Part shown: positions 7,159 to 14,921 of the stretch, one piece after another
Layout: every line of letters begins with the position of its first letter
Position numbering within the stretch: the stretch's first letter is position 1
IMG/VR virus record: IMGVR_UViG_3300045988_092324
Coordinates: 1-34,786 of that record
Reading direction: 5' to 3' (one strand)
Source: a virus
DNA length: 34,786 nt
Program-made: the position numbers and the translations under genes
The notes under the pieces: model-generated
What the model was told of the DNA's origin: nothing
Database searches by the model: none
What the model saw: only the letters and a program-made list of their open reading frames with translations

Positions 7159-7356
7159 ATGACAGAAACGTTGAGAGAGGTCCGAGAGCGCAAGGGCGTC
7201 AAAAAGGGCGCCGTAGCCGAGGCGATGGGCGTCACTTACCCCACCTATCAGCGGTATGAGGAGACGAACCGAATGCCCACCGACGCATTCGACGCGGCCT
7301 GCCGCTTCTTGGGCGTCTCGCGAGATTCTATTTTTTTGGCCAACGACTTGAATTAA
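7159..7356 (+). CDS. Cro-like HTH regulator
   Basis: 65-aa HTH_3 protein (LREVRERKGVKKGAVAEAMGVTYPTYQRYEETNRMP), divergent from the repressor; RBS aaaggagg. Confidence 0.8.
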   Translation: MTETLREVRERKGVKKGAVAEAMGVTYPTYQRYEETNRMPTDAFDAACRFLGVSRDSIFLANDLN

Positions 7357-7386
7357 ATTAAAGTCACAAACGAAACGGAGAGAACT

Positions 7387-7497
7387 ATGAACGAGAACTA
7401 CATCGACATCGAGCTGGGCGGCTGGAACATCCCCGAGGCCATCACGGTCGAGGCCGAGCCCGCCGAGGCCCGCGACTTTTCCGACTTCGAGCTGTAG
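7387..7497 (+). CDS. Small acidic early protein (36 aa)
   Basis: MNENYIDIELGGWNIPEAITVEAEPAEARDFSDFEL*; upstream acggagaga; immediately followed by another early gene. Confidence 0.6.
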   Translation: MNENYIDIELGGWNIPEAITVEAEPAEARDFSDFEL

Positions 7498-7508
7498 GGG
7501 AGGGCGAC

Positions 7509-7802
7509 ATGAGCACCAGGAAGAACTACCCCGTCACCTTCGCGCCGAACGAGGACCTCGACGGCGCCATGTGCGAGACGACGGAGTCGGTGGTGAACCG
7601 CATCTGCCACCTGTTCGGCTTCGCTGACTGGGCCGTGAGCATGGTCGAGGGCGACCTCGACAGCGCCGAGATCGCCGGCACGCGCTACTACGCGTACACC
7701 TCCGTGCGCTTCACCGCCAACGGCATCGGCTGGTCGACGGACTTCGAGGACCTGGTCCGCGACGAGGCGCTCGACGAGCAGCCCGCCGGCTCCGAACGCT
7801 AG
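7509..7802 (+). CDS. Hypothetical early protein
   Basis: 97-aa ORF, RBS ggggaggg, co-directional packed gene cluster. Confidence 0.7.
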   Translation: MSTRKNYPVTFAPNEDLDGAMCETTESVVNRICHLFGFADWAVSMVEGDLDSAEIAGTRYYAYTSVRFTANGIGWSTDFEDLVRDEALDEQPAGSER

Positions 7803-7812
7803 GGAGGGCGTC

Positions 7813-8145
7813 ATGGGAGACGTGAAGATGCGCCGCGAGAACATCAGGTACGAGGCGCGCGGGAAGTCCTTCGAGATCGAGTGCCCGAGCGGCTTCTCGG
7901 GCATCGAGGCCATCGTCTGCTGGTGCGACGCCGGCGGCGGCTGGCACCGCGAGGCCTTCGAGTCGTTCCTCGACGCCCGCGGGCGACTGGACGGGCTGCT
8001 GCGCGGCGAGGCGGTCATGGCCTACGTCCAGCGCACGGTCTGCATGAACACCGCCGACGCCATCGACCCCGGCATCCAGCCGGTTGAGGTCGGCCTCGCC
8101 GCGGGCGAGTGGGTCATGTATCAGCTGCAGAAGGGGCGTGAGTAG
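7813..8145 (+). CDS. Hypothetical early protein
   Basis: 110-aa ORF, RBS agggagg. Confidence 0.7.
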   Translation: MGDVKMRRENIRYEARGKSFEIECPSGFSGIEAIVCWCDAGGGWHREAFESFLDARGRLDGLLRGEAVMAYVQRTVCMNTADAIDPGIQPVEVGLAAGEWVMYQLQKGRE

Positions 8146-8147
8146 CG

Positions 8148-8360
8148 ATGTTGAACCTTATCCATGCGGCCGTCCGGGTCTTCCTCGACGTTCTCGCGGT
8201 CGCGTTCGTGCTAGAGCACACCCGCGAGCTTCATGAGAAACATCGCGAGATCAACGACGCGCCCAAGCAGGTCGCAGGCGTCGTTGATGAACCCGGCGAG
8301 GACGATCGCGGCGCTGATGCGAGGGTGCCGCTCGACCCAGTCGACGAGCCGCACGAGTAG
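8148..8360 (+). CDS. Hypothetical protein, competing with the antisense ORF 8211-8414
   Basis: 70-aa ORF, RBS aagggg; begins MLNLIHAAVRVFLDVLAVAFVLEHTRELHEK. Confidence 0.4.
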   Translation: MLNLIHAAVRVFLDVLAVAFVLEHTRELHEKHREINDAPKQVAGVVDEPGEDDRGADARVPLDPVDEPHE

Positions 8361-8414
8361 GGGGGCCGCTGGTCGGACGTGCTTCGGGCGATATGTCTGC
8401 TGTCTACGAATCAT
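8211..8414 (-). CDS. Candidate small membrane-associated protein, antisense to 8148-8360
   Basis: MIRRQQTYRPKHVRPAAPLLVRLVDWVERHPRISAAIVLAGFINDACDLLGRVVDLAMFLMKLAGVL; GC3-rich and protein-like; the competing plus-strand ORF 8148-8360 is also plausible. Confidence 0.4.
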   Translation of the reverse strand: MIRRQQTYRPKHVRPAAPLLVRLVDWVERHPRISAAIVLAGFINDACDLLGRVVDLAMFLMKLAGVL

Positions 8415-8590
8415 GGCCCGAAGCCTAACGCGTGTGTAACGCGTCAACGCGGGTATTGCCGCTCAGGCAACCCGCAGGCCCCATCACCGGGGCGGCACCG
8501 TTGCCCCGCGGCTCTCCAATAACCATCCGCGGGGACGTTCCCTACCGGTGCCGTGCCGGGGGCGGGGCCCCGAAAGCAAGCAACAAAAAA

Positions 8591-8624
8591 GGAGCCGCCC
8601 GGTGTGGAAAGCGGGGACGGCTCC
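8591..8624. other. Inverted repeat in GC-rich leader upstream of the HTH gene
   Basis: GGAGCCG (8591-8597) / CGGCTCC (8618-8624) flanked on the left by AAAAAA, i.e. terminator-like on the minus strand. Confidence 0.5.
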
Positions 8625-8646
8625 CTGACCTGAAAGGAGGTCACTC

Positions 8647-8895
8647 ATGGATTCTAGCAGAGCCAAAACGTTCCAGCAGATGGCCGACGAGCTTGGCATC
8701 AGGCACAAGCTGATGTACACGCTGCGCGAGGCGTCGAGGGTGACGGGGGTGCCCTACGACACGCTGCGCATCGAGTGCAAGGCGGGCCGCCTGCGCTCGC
8801 AGCTGCCCGAGGGGCGCAAGGTGGGGCGCATGGTGCGCCCGGAATGGGTGGAGCAGTGGATCGAGGAGGGAACGCATGGCATCGAGGCTGCTTAG
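8647..8895 (+). CDS. Helix-turn-helix DNA-binding protein (excisionase/MerR-like wHTH)
   Basis: YTLREASRVTGVPYDTLRIECKAGRLRSQLPEGRKVGRMVRPEWVEQWIEEG; RBS aaaggagg. Confidence 0.75.
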   Translation: MDSSRAKTFQQMADELGIRHKLMYTLREASRVTGVPYDTLRIECKAGRLRSQLPEGRKVGRMVRPEWVEQWIEEGTHGIEAA

Positions 8896-9016
8896 GTGCG
8901 CTGCGTACATCGCGCTCCTGTTCGCGGTGTACGCGCTCATGCCTTACGTCCTGCGGGCGATGCTGCTCGCGGCGGACGGTGTCCGCGTCGTGCTCGGGAT
9001 GGGGTCGGTACTGTGA
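8876..9016 (+). CDS. Small membrane protein (46 aa)
   Basis: MASRLLRCAAYIALLFAVYALMPYVLRAMLLAADGVRVVLGMGSVL*; RBS gaggaggg; overlaps both neighbours. Confidence 0.6.
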   Translation: MASRLLRCAAYIALLFAVYALMPYVLRAMLLAADGVRVVLGMGSVL

Positions 9017-9471
9017 TCGGCAGGCGATTCGCGTTCACCGTCCCGTTCGTGGCGGGCAAGCAGCGCCACAGGCTCGACCGACGCCACGCGCGGATGTACA
9101 CGCCTAACGAGACCATCCGCAACGAGGCCGCCATCCGCGACGCGGCGCTCAAGGCCATGCGGGAGGCGTACCCGGGTCTCAAGGGGATGCTGTTCCCGTT
9201 CAGGGTCCCCGTCGCGGTACGCATCGACGCGTACGGCCCGCTGCCGGAGTCGAGGCCGAAGCGCGTCACGTCGGAGCCTTACACGTTCAAGCCGGACGCG
9301 GACAACATAGCCAAGCTGGTGCTGGACGGGATGAACGGGGCGGTCTGGGGTGACGACAGCCAGGTGGTCGAGCTCCATGTCGTCAAGTGGCCCCGAATGC
9401 GCGGCATCGAACCGCACATGGACATACAGGTATATCGCGGCTGGGCAGACCCAGCCGAGGAGAAAAAGTAG
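9013..9471 (+). CDS. rusA: RusA-family Holliday junction resolvase/endodeoxyribonuclease
   Basis: GTG start; KPDADNIAKLVLDGMNGAVWGDDSQVVEL motif of RusA family. Confidence 0.85.
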   Translation: MIGRRFAFTVPFVAGKQRHRLDRRHARMYTPNETIRNEAAIRDAALKAMREAYPGLKGMLFPFRVPVAVRIDAYGPLPESRPKRVTSEPYTFKPDADNIAKLVLDGMNGAVWGDDSQVVELHVVKWPRMRGIEPHMDIQVYRGWADPAEEKK

Positions 9472-9487
9472 AAACGGAGACATAGAA

Positions 9488-9784
9488 ATGAAACGCAAGG
9501 CACTCAAGGAACTCATGAGGCAGGCCGTGGGCAACGTCCTCATCAACACGGAGCTCAACGCCGAGGCGTTCAAGAAGGATATCGACCCCGCAGTGCTCCG
9601 CGGCGTCGCCTACGGTATGGCGGTCGCGCCCGTGATGATGGACGAGGAGCCCATCGAGTTCGACCGCGAGTTCCTTGCCGTCATCATCGCGTATGCCAAG
9701 AAGTGCGATGACGTCTACGCCGAGAGCGGCGCCGTCGCCACGATCTCCAAGCTCTACGGATGCGAGGTGAGAGTCGATGAGTAA
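9488..9784 (+). CDS. Hypothetical protein upstream of RecT/Bet-like recombinase
   Basis: 98-aa ORF MKRKALKELMRQAVGNVLINTELNAEAF...; overlaps next gene. Confidence 0.7.
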   Translation: MKRKALKELMRQAVGNVLINTELNAEAFKKDIDPAVLRGVAYGMAVAPVMMDEEPIEFDREFLAVIIAYAKKCDDVYAESGAVATISKLYGCEVRVDE

Positions 9785-10694
9785 CGGGATCATCGAGTAC
9801 AAGGACGACGCGGGCATGCCCGTGAAGTTCACCTCGCAGGACATCCGCGAGCGCCTGTGCCCGAACGCGACCGAAAGCGAGCTGGCGCTGTGCGTGGAGC
9901 TTTGCAACCGCCAGCACCTGAACCCGTTCACCAAGGAGGTGTACCTGGTCAAGTACGGCAGCGCCCCGGCGAGCATCATCACTTCCTACCAGGTGTTCAA
10001 CCGCCGCGCGAACCGCCAGCCCAACTACGGCGGCATCGAGAGCGGCGTCGTGGTGCTCCGCGACGGCGAGGTCGTCAAGAAGAAGGGCTCCGCAGTCTAC
10101 AAGATGATCGGGGAGCAGCTCATCGGCGGCTGGGCAGAGGTCGCGTTCACCGACGGCAAGAAGCCCGCATACGTCGAGCTGGCGCTCACCGACTACAGCA
10201 CCGGCAAGAGCAACTGGGCGAAGATGCCGGGCGTCATGATCGAGAAGTGCGCCAAGGCCGGCGCGTGGCGCCTGGCCTACCCCGACGAGTTCGGCGGGAT
10301 GTACACGGGCGAGGAGATGGACCAGAAGGTCGAACGCGACATGCACGCCGGCACTCAGGCCGTCGAGGCCGAGAGCGTCGAGCCCGTGGCCGACCTGCAG
10401 CCCGTGCGCGAGCTGTTCAAGCCGTTCATGGCGGCGACTGGGCTCGACAGCGCCGGGGCCATGGCTGCCATCTGCGCCGCCGTGGGCTGCACGTCGGGCT
10501 CCATGCACGACATGACGCTCATGCAGGCGCGCCGCGCGGCCTCGTGGATGGAGGAGGAGATCGCGGCCCGCAAGGCGCAACCCGAGCCCGCCGTCCCCGA
10601 ACCGGAGCCCGCGCCCGCCTATGAGCCCGCGCCCGCCTATGAGCCCGCGCCCGCCGAGTACGCGACCGACGACGACCTTCTGGGAGGCTTCTGA
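9777..10694 (+). CDS. RecT/Bet-family single-strand annealing recombinase
   Basis: SELALCVELCNRQHLNPFTKEVYLVKYGSAPASIITSYQVFNRRANRQPNYGGIESG...PGVMIEKCAKAGAWRLAYPDEFGGMYTGEEM. Confidence 0.88.
   Translation: MSNGIIEYKDDAGMPVKFTSQDIRERLCPNATESELALCVELCNRQHLNPFTKEVYLVKYGSAPASIITSYQVFNRRANRQPNYGGIESGVVVLRDGEVVKKKGSAVYKMIGEQLIGGWAEVAFTDGKKPAYVELALTDYSTGKSNWAKMPGVMIEKCAKAGAWRLAYPDEFGGMYTGEEMDQKVERDMHAGTQAVEAESVEPVADLQPVRELFKPFMAATGLDSAGAMAAICAAVGCTSGSMHDMTLMQARRAASWMEEEIAARKAQPEPAVPEPEPAPAYEPAPAYEPAPAEYATDDDLLGGF
10602..10655 (+). repeat. Three tandem 18-bp units encoding (Y/P)EPAPA repeats in the RecT/Bet-like C-terminus
   Basis: ccggagcccgcgcccgcc then tatgagcccgcgcccgcc twice. Confidence 0.9.
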
Positions 10695-11680
10695 TGGCAG
10701 ACGAGGTTTTGGCGGTCGAGGCCGTGCCGCTCGAGGAGGACTTCGACACGCTGGTGGCGTCTCTCGCCATCGACGACACGCTCGAGGACAAGCTGGCACA
10801 GCTCAAGAAGGAAGTCGACGAGAAGCTGGCGGACTACGTGGACGTCAAGCGCATCGAGAAGGACGAGGACTTCAAGGCGGCGAAGAAGTACCGCGCGGCG
10901 GTCAACGACGTGAAGAAGCCCATCGAGGCGCAGCGCAAGGCCGCGAAGAAGAAGTACAGCGACCTGCTCAAGACGTTCGACAAGACCATCGGCGAGATCA
11001 CGGCGCCGATCGACAGGCTCTCCGATGAGTACAAGGCCGAGATCGACCGCTACGACGGAGAGTGCAGGGCCCGGCGCCTCGCCGCGCTCGAGGGCCACTA
11101 CTACGACCTCGCGGGCGAGATGGGGCCGCTGGTGCCATACGAGCGCATCGCCGACGACAGGTGGCTCAACGCGAGCTTCGGCGAGGTCAAGGCCAAGAAC
11201 ATCATCGAGCGCCGGGTGGGCGAGCTGCTGCACCAGTTCAAGTTCGTCAACGGCCTCGACTACGCGGACGAGGACGAGAGGGCGTGGGCCGTCGCGTGGT
11301 GGGCGAGGACGCTGCCGGCGGACTCGGGCGAGGTGGCGGCGGCTGTCGCCGCGCACCGCGAGGAGGTCGCCAAGGCCGCCGCGCTCGCGGCGACCTACGA
11401 GCAGGCGATGGCGCCCGCACCGGAGCCCGAGTCGGAGCCCGCGCCGCTGCCGCCCGAGCCCGCGCCGGTGCCCGCCGAGGAACCTGAGCCGCCCCTGGGC
11501 GTGCCGAGGTGCGTGCGGGTGGTGCCGTCGCGCCCCGAGCCGGATGTGGCCGAGGATGCGGCCCCGGCACCGCAGAGGGGCTACCGCGTGGTCATCGAGT
11601 GCGCCACGGCGGACGAGCTGCGCCGCGTGAGGGCCGTCATGGTCGAGAACGGCATCCACGGATACGTCGAGAGGATGTAG
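10694..11680 (+). CDS. DUF1351-family phage protein with Pro/Glu-rich linker
   Basis: N-terminal coiled-coil KYRAAVNDVKKPIEAQRKAAKKKYSDLLKTFDKTIGEITAPIDRLSDEYKAEIDRYD, position directly after RecT/Bet. Confidence 0.75.
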   Translation: MADEVLAVEAVPLEEDFDTLVASLAIDDTLEDKLAQLKKEVDEKLADYVDVKRIEKDEDFKAAKKYRAAVNDVKKPIEAQRKAAKKKYSDLLKTFDKTIGEITAPIDRLSDEYKAEIDRYDGECRARRLAALEGHYYDLAGEMGPLVPYERIADDRWLNASFGEVKAKNIIERRVGELLHQFKFVNGLDYADEDERAWAVAWWARTLPADSGEVAAAVAAHREEVAKAAALAATYEQAMAPAPEPESEPAPLPPEPAPVPAEEPEPPLGVPRCVRVVPSRPEPDVAEDAAPAPQRGYRVVIECATADELRRVRAVMVENGIHGYVERM

Positions 11681-11683
11681 GAC

Positions 11684-12025
11684 ATGGAGGAGAAAAACCT
11701 GCCGCCGCTCCGAACGCCGGAGCAGCGCAAGGAGGCGATGGCGAAGGCCATCCACACGCGCCGCGAGCGCGCCGCGTTCAAGGCGGCGTGCAAGGCGGGG
11801 AACATCCCGCCCGAGGTCGCCATCGAGGCTCCCATCGCGGCAAGGCTCAAGGTCGACGAGTTCGCCCGCTCGTTCCCGGGCATCGGCCCGGTCACGGCGC
11901 AGAAGATCGTCGAGGTGTGCCACATCCGCGACGGCCGCCGCGTGAGCGGCCTGGGCTACATGCAGGGGCCGCGCCTCGTCGATGCCATCAAGGGCTGCAT
12001 GACCGCAAAGGAGGACGGGCAGTGA
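11684..12025 (+). CDS. Actinobacterial-type integration host factor (mIHF)-like DNA-binding protein
   Basis: LPPLRTPEQRKEAMAKAIHTRRERAAFKAA...LKVDEFARSFPGIGPVTAQKIVEVCHIRDGRRVSGLGYMQGPRLVDAI follows the mIHF architecture (LPPLtpEQR..AL.KA...R, LLealPGvGk..A..im...i...RRv.GLG..Q...Ll). Confidence 0.82.
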   Translation: MEEKNLPPLRTPEQRKEAMAKAIHTRRERAAFKAACKAGNIPPEVAIEAPIAARLKVDEFARSFPGIGPVTAQKIVEVCHIRDGRRVSGLGYMQGPRLVDAIKGCMTAKEDGQ

Positions 12026-12471
12026 GCATCAATCGAGTGAACATCACCGGCAACCTCACTCGCGACCCGGAGCTGCGCGCCACCGCGGGCGGGACGCAGG
12101 TCCTGTCCTTCGGCGTCGCCGTGAACGACCGCCGACGCAACGCGCAGACGGGCGAGTGGGAGGACTATCCCAACTTCGTCGACTGCACCATGTTCGGCAA
12201 CCGCGCCGAGGCCGTGGGCCGTTTCCTTGCCAAGGGGATGAAGGTCGCCATCGAGGGCAAGCTGCGCTACAGCTCCTGGGATAAGGATGGCCAGAAGCGC
12301 TCGAAGCTCGAGGTGATCGTCGACGAGCTCGATGTCATGGTGCGCCGCGAGGGGCAGGCGCAGGCCCAGCCGCAGCAGAGCCTCGCGGACACGGTGCCCG
12401 TGCAGCCACAGGCGCAGGCCTACGCCGCGGCCCCGCAGCCCGAGTTCTACGACGAGGACGTGCCGTTCTGA
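12022..12471 (+). CDS. ssb: Single-stranded DNA-binding protein
   Basis: GTG start; INRVNITGNLTRDPELRATAGGTQVLSFGVAVNDRR... and C-terminal tip EFYDEDVPF. Confidence 0.95.
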   Translation: MSINRVNITGNLTRDPELRATAGGTQVLSFGVAVNDRRRNAQTGEWEDYPNFVDCTMFGNRAEAVGRFLAKGMKVAIEGKLRYSSWDKDGQKRSKLEVIVDELDVMVRREGQAQAQPQQSLADTVPVQPQAQAYAAAPQPEFYDEDVPF

Positions 12472-12581
12472 TGAGGCGCGTACCCGACACCATCCGCGAC
12501 CACTGGGAGGCGGCCCTGTTCGCCGCCTCCTTCGCCGCGGGGTTCCTGTTCTTCTCTTCGCTTCTATGGGGGTGGTTCTGA
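12471..12581 (+). CDS. Small membrane protein (36 aa)
   Basis: MRRVPDTIRDHWEAALFAASFAAGFLFFSSLLWGWF*, start/stop overlaps with both neighbours. Confidence 0.6.
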   Translation: MRRVPDTIRDHWEAALFAASFAAGFLFFSSLLWGWF

Positions 12582-13405
12582 TGGCCAAGGACTTCACGGT
12601 TTTCGCCAACTCGATAGCCGAGCTTTACGACGATTACGACCCGAACGACCCCGAGGACATGAGGGAGCGCATGATGCTCGCGGACGCGGTGCTCATGTAC
12701 GGCCTCCACGGGGTCGAGATCGAGTTGCCCAAGAACGTCAAGAGGGCCTTCAAGGGACTCAAGAACGCCATCGACAACTCCAAGGAAAGGCGAGAGCAGG
12801 CCAAGAAAGGCGGCAGGCCCCGCAAGGCCAAGGCAGAGCCGGAGCCCGAACCCAAGCCTGAGCAAAAACCCGAAACCGAGGTTTCCGAAAGCGAAAACCC
12901 TAACCTAGCCTATCCTAGCCTAGCTTTACCTAGCCTAGCTTGTGTTGATGGTACGCGCAGCGGCGACGCCGACGGCTTCGCCCCGCCGACCCTTGACGAG
13001 TGCCGCGCGTACTTCGCCGCAAACTGCATCAGCGGCGACCCCGACAAGTTCTGGGCGCACTACGAGTCGCAGGGCTGGATCCGCTCGAACGGGATGCCCG
13101 TGACCTCGCTCAAGGCCGCGGCGATGCTGTGGAACGGCAACCAGAAGCGCCTCGACGCCGAGGCCCATGCCCGCGGCAAGCCGACCGATGCCGAGATTCA
13201 GGCCGCCACGTTCAAGCCGACGAGGACGCCCGAGCAGACGAGGGCCGAGCTCGAGCGCAGGTGGCGCGAGGAACATCCGGGCATCGACCCGGCGAAAGTG
13301 AAGGCCCCGAGGGGGACGACCGCCGACCCGGTGGCGCTCAGGGCGTACCAGGACGCGCGGAGGCTGCTGGCCGCCCGCGCCGCGTGCGAGAGGAGGGCGT
13401 CGTGA
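12581..13405 (+). CDS. Putative replisome organiser/replication initiator (DUF6291-like N-terminus)
   Basis: MAKDFTVFANSIAELYDDYDPNDPEDMRERMMLADAVLMYG...KNVKRAFKGLKNAIDNSKERREQAKKGGRPR; C-terminal DECRAYFAANCISGDPDKFWAHYESQGWIRSNGMPVTSLKAAAMLW is typical of phage replication proteins. Confidence 0.7.
   Translation: MAKDFTVFANSIAELYDDYDPNDPEDMRERMMLADAVLMYGLHGVEIELPKNVKRAFKGLKNAIDNSKERREQAKKGGRPRKAKAEPEPEPKPEQKPETEVSESENPNLAYPSLALPSLACVDGTRSGDADGFAPPTLDECRAYFAANCISGDPDKFWAHYESQGWIRSNGMPVTSLKAAAMLWNGNQKRLDAEAHARGKPTDAEIQAATFKPTRTPEQTRAELERRWREEHPGIDPAKVKAPRGTTADPVALRAYQDARRLLAARAACERRAS
12872..12941 (+). other. Candidate replication origin: iterons plus palindrome inside the replication gene
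   Basis: CCTAGCCTA at 12904-12912, 12914-12922 and 12929-12937 in an AT-richer patch, preceded by GAAACC-GA-GGTTTC palindrome at 12872-12885. Confidence 0.6.
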
Positions 13406-13620
13406 ACCTCGAGAGGGACGGGGCGCCGGACATCCCCGACGGCGCCGTGAGGTGCTGCGAGACGTGCGACCGCTGGGTGCCGGGCGACGGGTGCGGCATC
13501 TGCGCCCACCGGGCCGAGTCGGCCGTGCTGCCGCGCGGCGTGGACCTCGACGCGATGGCCGCGAGCATCACGCAGGGCGACCACTCCTGCGGGAGGTGGG
13601 AGCCGTGGCGCGGGCTGTGA
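13402..13620 (+). CDS. Small Cys-rich protein
   Basis: GTG start overlapping upstream stop; VRCCETCDRWVPGDGCGICAHRAES. Confidence 0.7.
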   Translation: MNLERDGAPDIPDGAVRCCETCDRWVPGDGCGICAHRAESAVLPRGVDLDAMAASITQGDHSCGRWEPWRGL

Positions 13621-14003
13621 GGCCGTGCGAGGGACAGGCCGCGCTCGACCTGTTCGGGCCGCCGCGCAGGCGCCCCATCGACGAGGACCTGCGCTGGCTC
13701 GTGAGGGTCTGGGGCTGCCGCGAGGAGGACGTCATGCCGCACCTCAGGCGCCTCTACGCCGAGTTCGCGGCGTGGGACGCCGACGAGCGGGCGAAGGTGC
13801 TCGTCGACTTCTACTGGCCGCGCCACAAGCCCGCGTTCGACGGGCTGACGCCAGAGCAGGTCGGGATGTACGACCGGACCATCGACTACCACACGGCATG
13901 GGACCGCTGCTGGGCGATCAAGCGGGGCATGGACCCGCGCGAGGCGCTCAAAGTCGTGTCGTGGGACTACGGAAACGACAGGCCGTCCGAGACGGCGGCC
14001 TAG
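13605..14003 (+). CDS. Hypothetical protein
   Basis: GTG start; VARAVRPCEGQAALDLFGPPRRRPIDEDLRWLVRVWGCREEDVMPHLRRLYAEF... Confidence 0.65.
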   Translation: MARAVRPCEGQAALDLFGPPRRRPIDEDLRWLVRVWGCREEDVMPHLRRLYAEFAAWDADERAKVLVDFYWPRHKPAFDGLTPEQVGMYDRTIDYHTAWDRCWAIKRGMDPREALKVVSWDYGNDRPSETAA

Positions 14004-14016
14004 GAAGGAGGAGGCC

Positions 14017-14208
14017 ATGAGCTCGAGATACGGCAAATGGCCCGAGGAGGACCCGCGCCGCTGCGACGGGTGCAGGTTCGCGGAGCGCGTCGAGCGCGTG
14101 ATGGCGGCATCGGGCGACGTCCGCACCGTGTACCGCTGCGCAAGGCGCCCGGAGTTCGTGCACCGCACGCAGGCCGAGGCCCGCTGCAACTACTGGGAGG
14201 CGCGATGA
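14017..14208 (+). CDS. Small putative zinc-binding protein
   Basis: 63 aa with CDGCRFAE and YRCARRPE; RBS aaggagg. Confidence 0.7.
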   Translation: MSSRYGKWPEEDPRRCDGCRFAERVERVMAASGDVRTVYRCARRPEFVHRTQAEARCNYWEAR

Positions 14209-14402
14209 GCGTAATCGACTGGAACATGGAGGCCCGGAACATCCTTAAGGCTGTGAGGGCCGTCGGGTACCTCGAGGGCATGAGCGCGACCCTGTGGCGG
14301 CTCGCCGGGCCGGAGATCGCCGACGAGGCGATAGTCGACTACGACAGGAGCGTGGCGGACGTCGCCGCGCTCCTGGGACTGGAGGCGAGGGACCATGACT
14401 GA
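14205..14402 (+). CDS. Hypothetical protein
   Basis: ATGA overlap; MSVIDWNMEARNILKAVRAVGYLEGM... Confidence 0.65.
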   Translation: MSVIDWNMEARNILKAVRAVGYLEGMSATLWRLAGPEIADEAIVDYDRSVADVAALLGLEARDHD

Positions 14403-14697
14403 CGGTTACCTGCTCAACCTGCGAACGTTCCGCGAGGTGAGGGACGACAAGGCACAGGCGCTCAAGCCGCTCGAGGAGGCGGCCGAGGTGTTCGGCGCGT
14501 GGCAGAACTGCGACGGCATACGCCAAAGCCAGATCATGACGGCGCGCCGGGCGTTCCGCGTGGACCTCATCGACGAATGTGTAGACACCGTGCAGGCGGT
14601 CGCCAACCTGCTGGCAGCCGTAGGCGCCACGCAGGGTGAGGTCGACGCCGCCATCAAGCGCATGGACGAGAGGAACTGTGGGAGAGGGCGTCTGTGA
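14395..14697 (+). CDS. MazG-like nucleotide pyrophosphohydrolase-type protein
   Basis: KPLEEAAEVFGAW...RVDLIDECVDTVQAVANLLAAVG resembles the MazG-like E..E...E..D pattern. Confidence 0.6.
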   Translation: MTDGYLLNLRTFREVRDDKAQALKPLEEAAEVFGAWQNCDGIRQSQIMTARRAFRVDLIDECVDTVQAVANLLAAVGATQGEVDAAIKRMDERNCGRGRL

Positions 14698-14921
14698 TGG
14701 AGACTTTGGAGCAGATCAAGGCTGATGCGGTCGAGGTGTTCTGCTACGACCGCGAGTGCAGGCCGCAGGACAGGGCGCACGCCGAGGCGGGAAGGGCGGA
14801 GGTCGCCGGCGCGAACCTCGTGCAGAACCTGCGCCGCCAGCTGACGAGCATCGAGGCGACCGTCGGGGATGCCATCGACCTGCTCGACGAGAGCACGGGG
14901 GCGGTGGAGTGCGATGAGTGA
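14694..14921 (+). CDS. Hypothetical protein
   Basis: 75-aa ORF within tightly overlapping cluster. Confidence 0.6.
   Translation: MMETLEQIKADAVEVFCYDRECRPQDRAHAEAGRAEVAGANLVQNLRRQLTSIEATVGDAIDLLDESTGAVECDE

Noticed and set aside
10637-11923. 428-aa minus-strand ORF
   Set aside because: Antisense to DUF1351-like and mIHF-like genes; no recognisable domain and biased composition.
12904-12937. CCTAGCCTA repeats as assembly or sequencing artefact
   Set aside because: Reading frame is preserved across the repeats and the gene continues normally.
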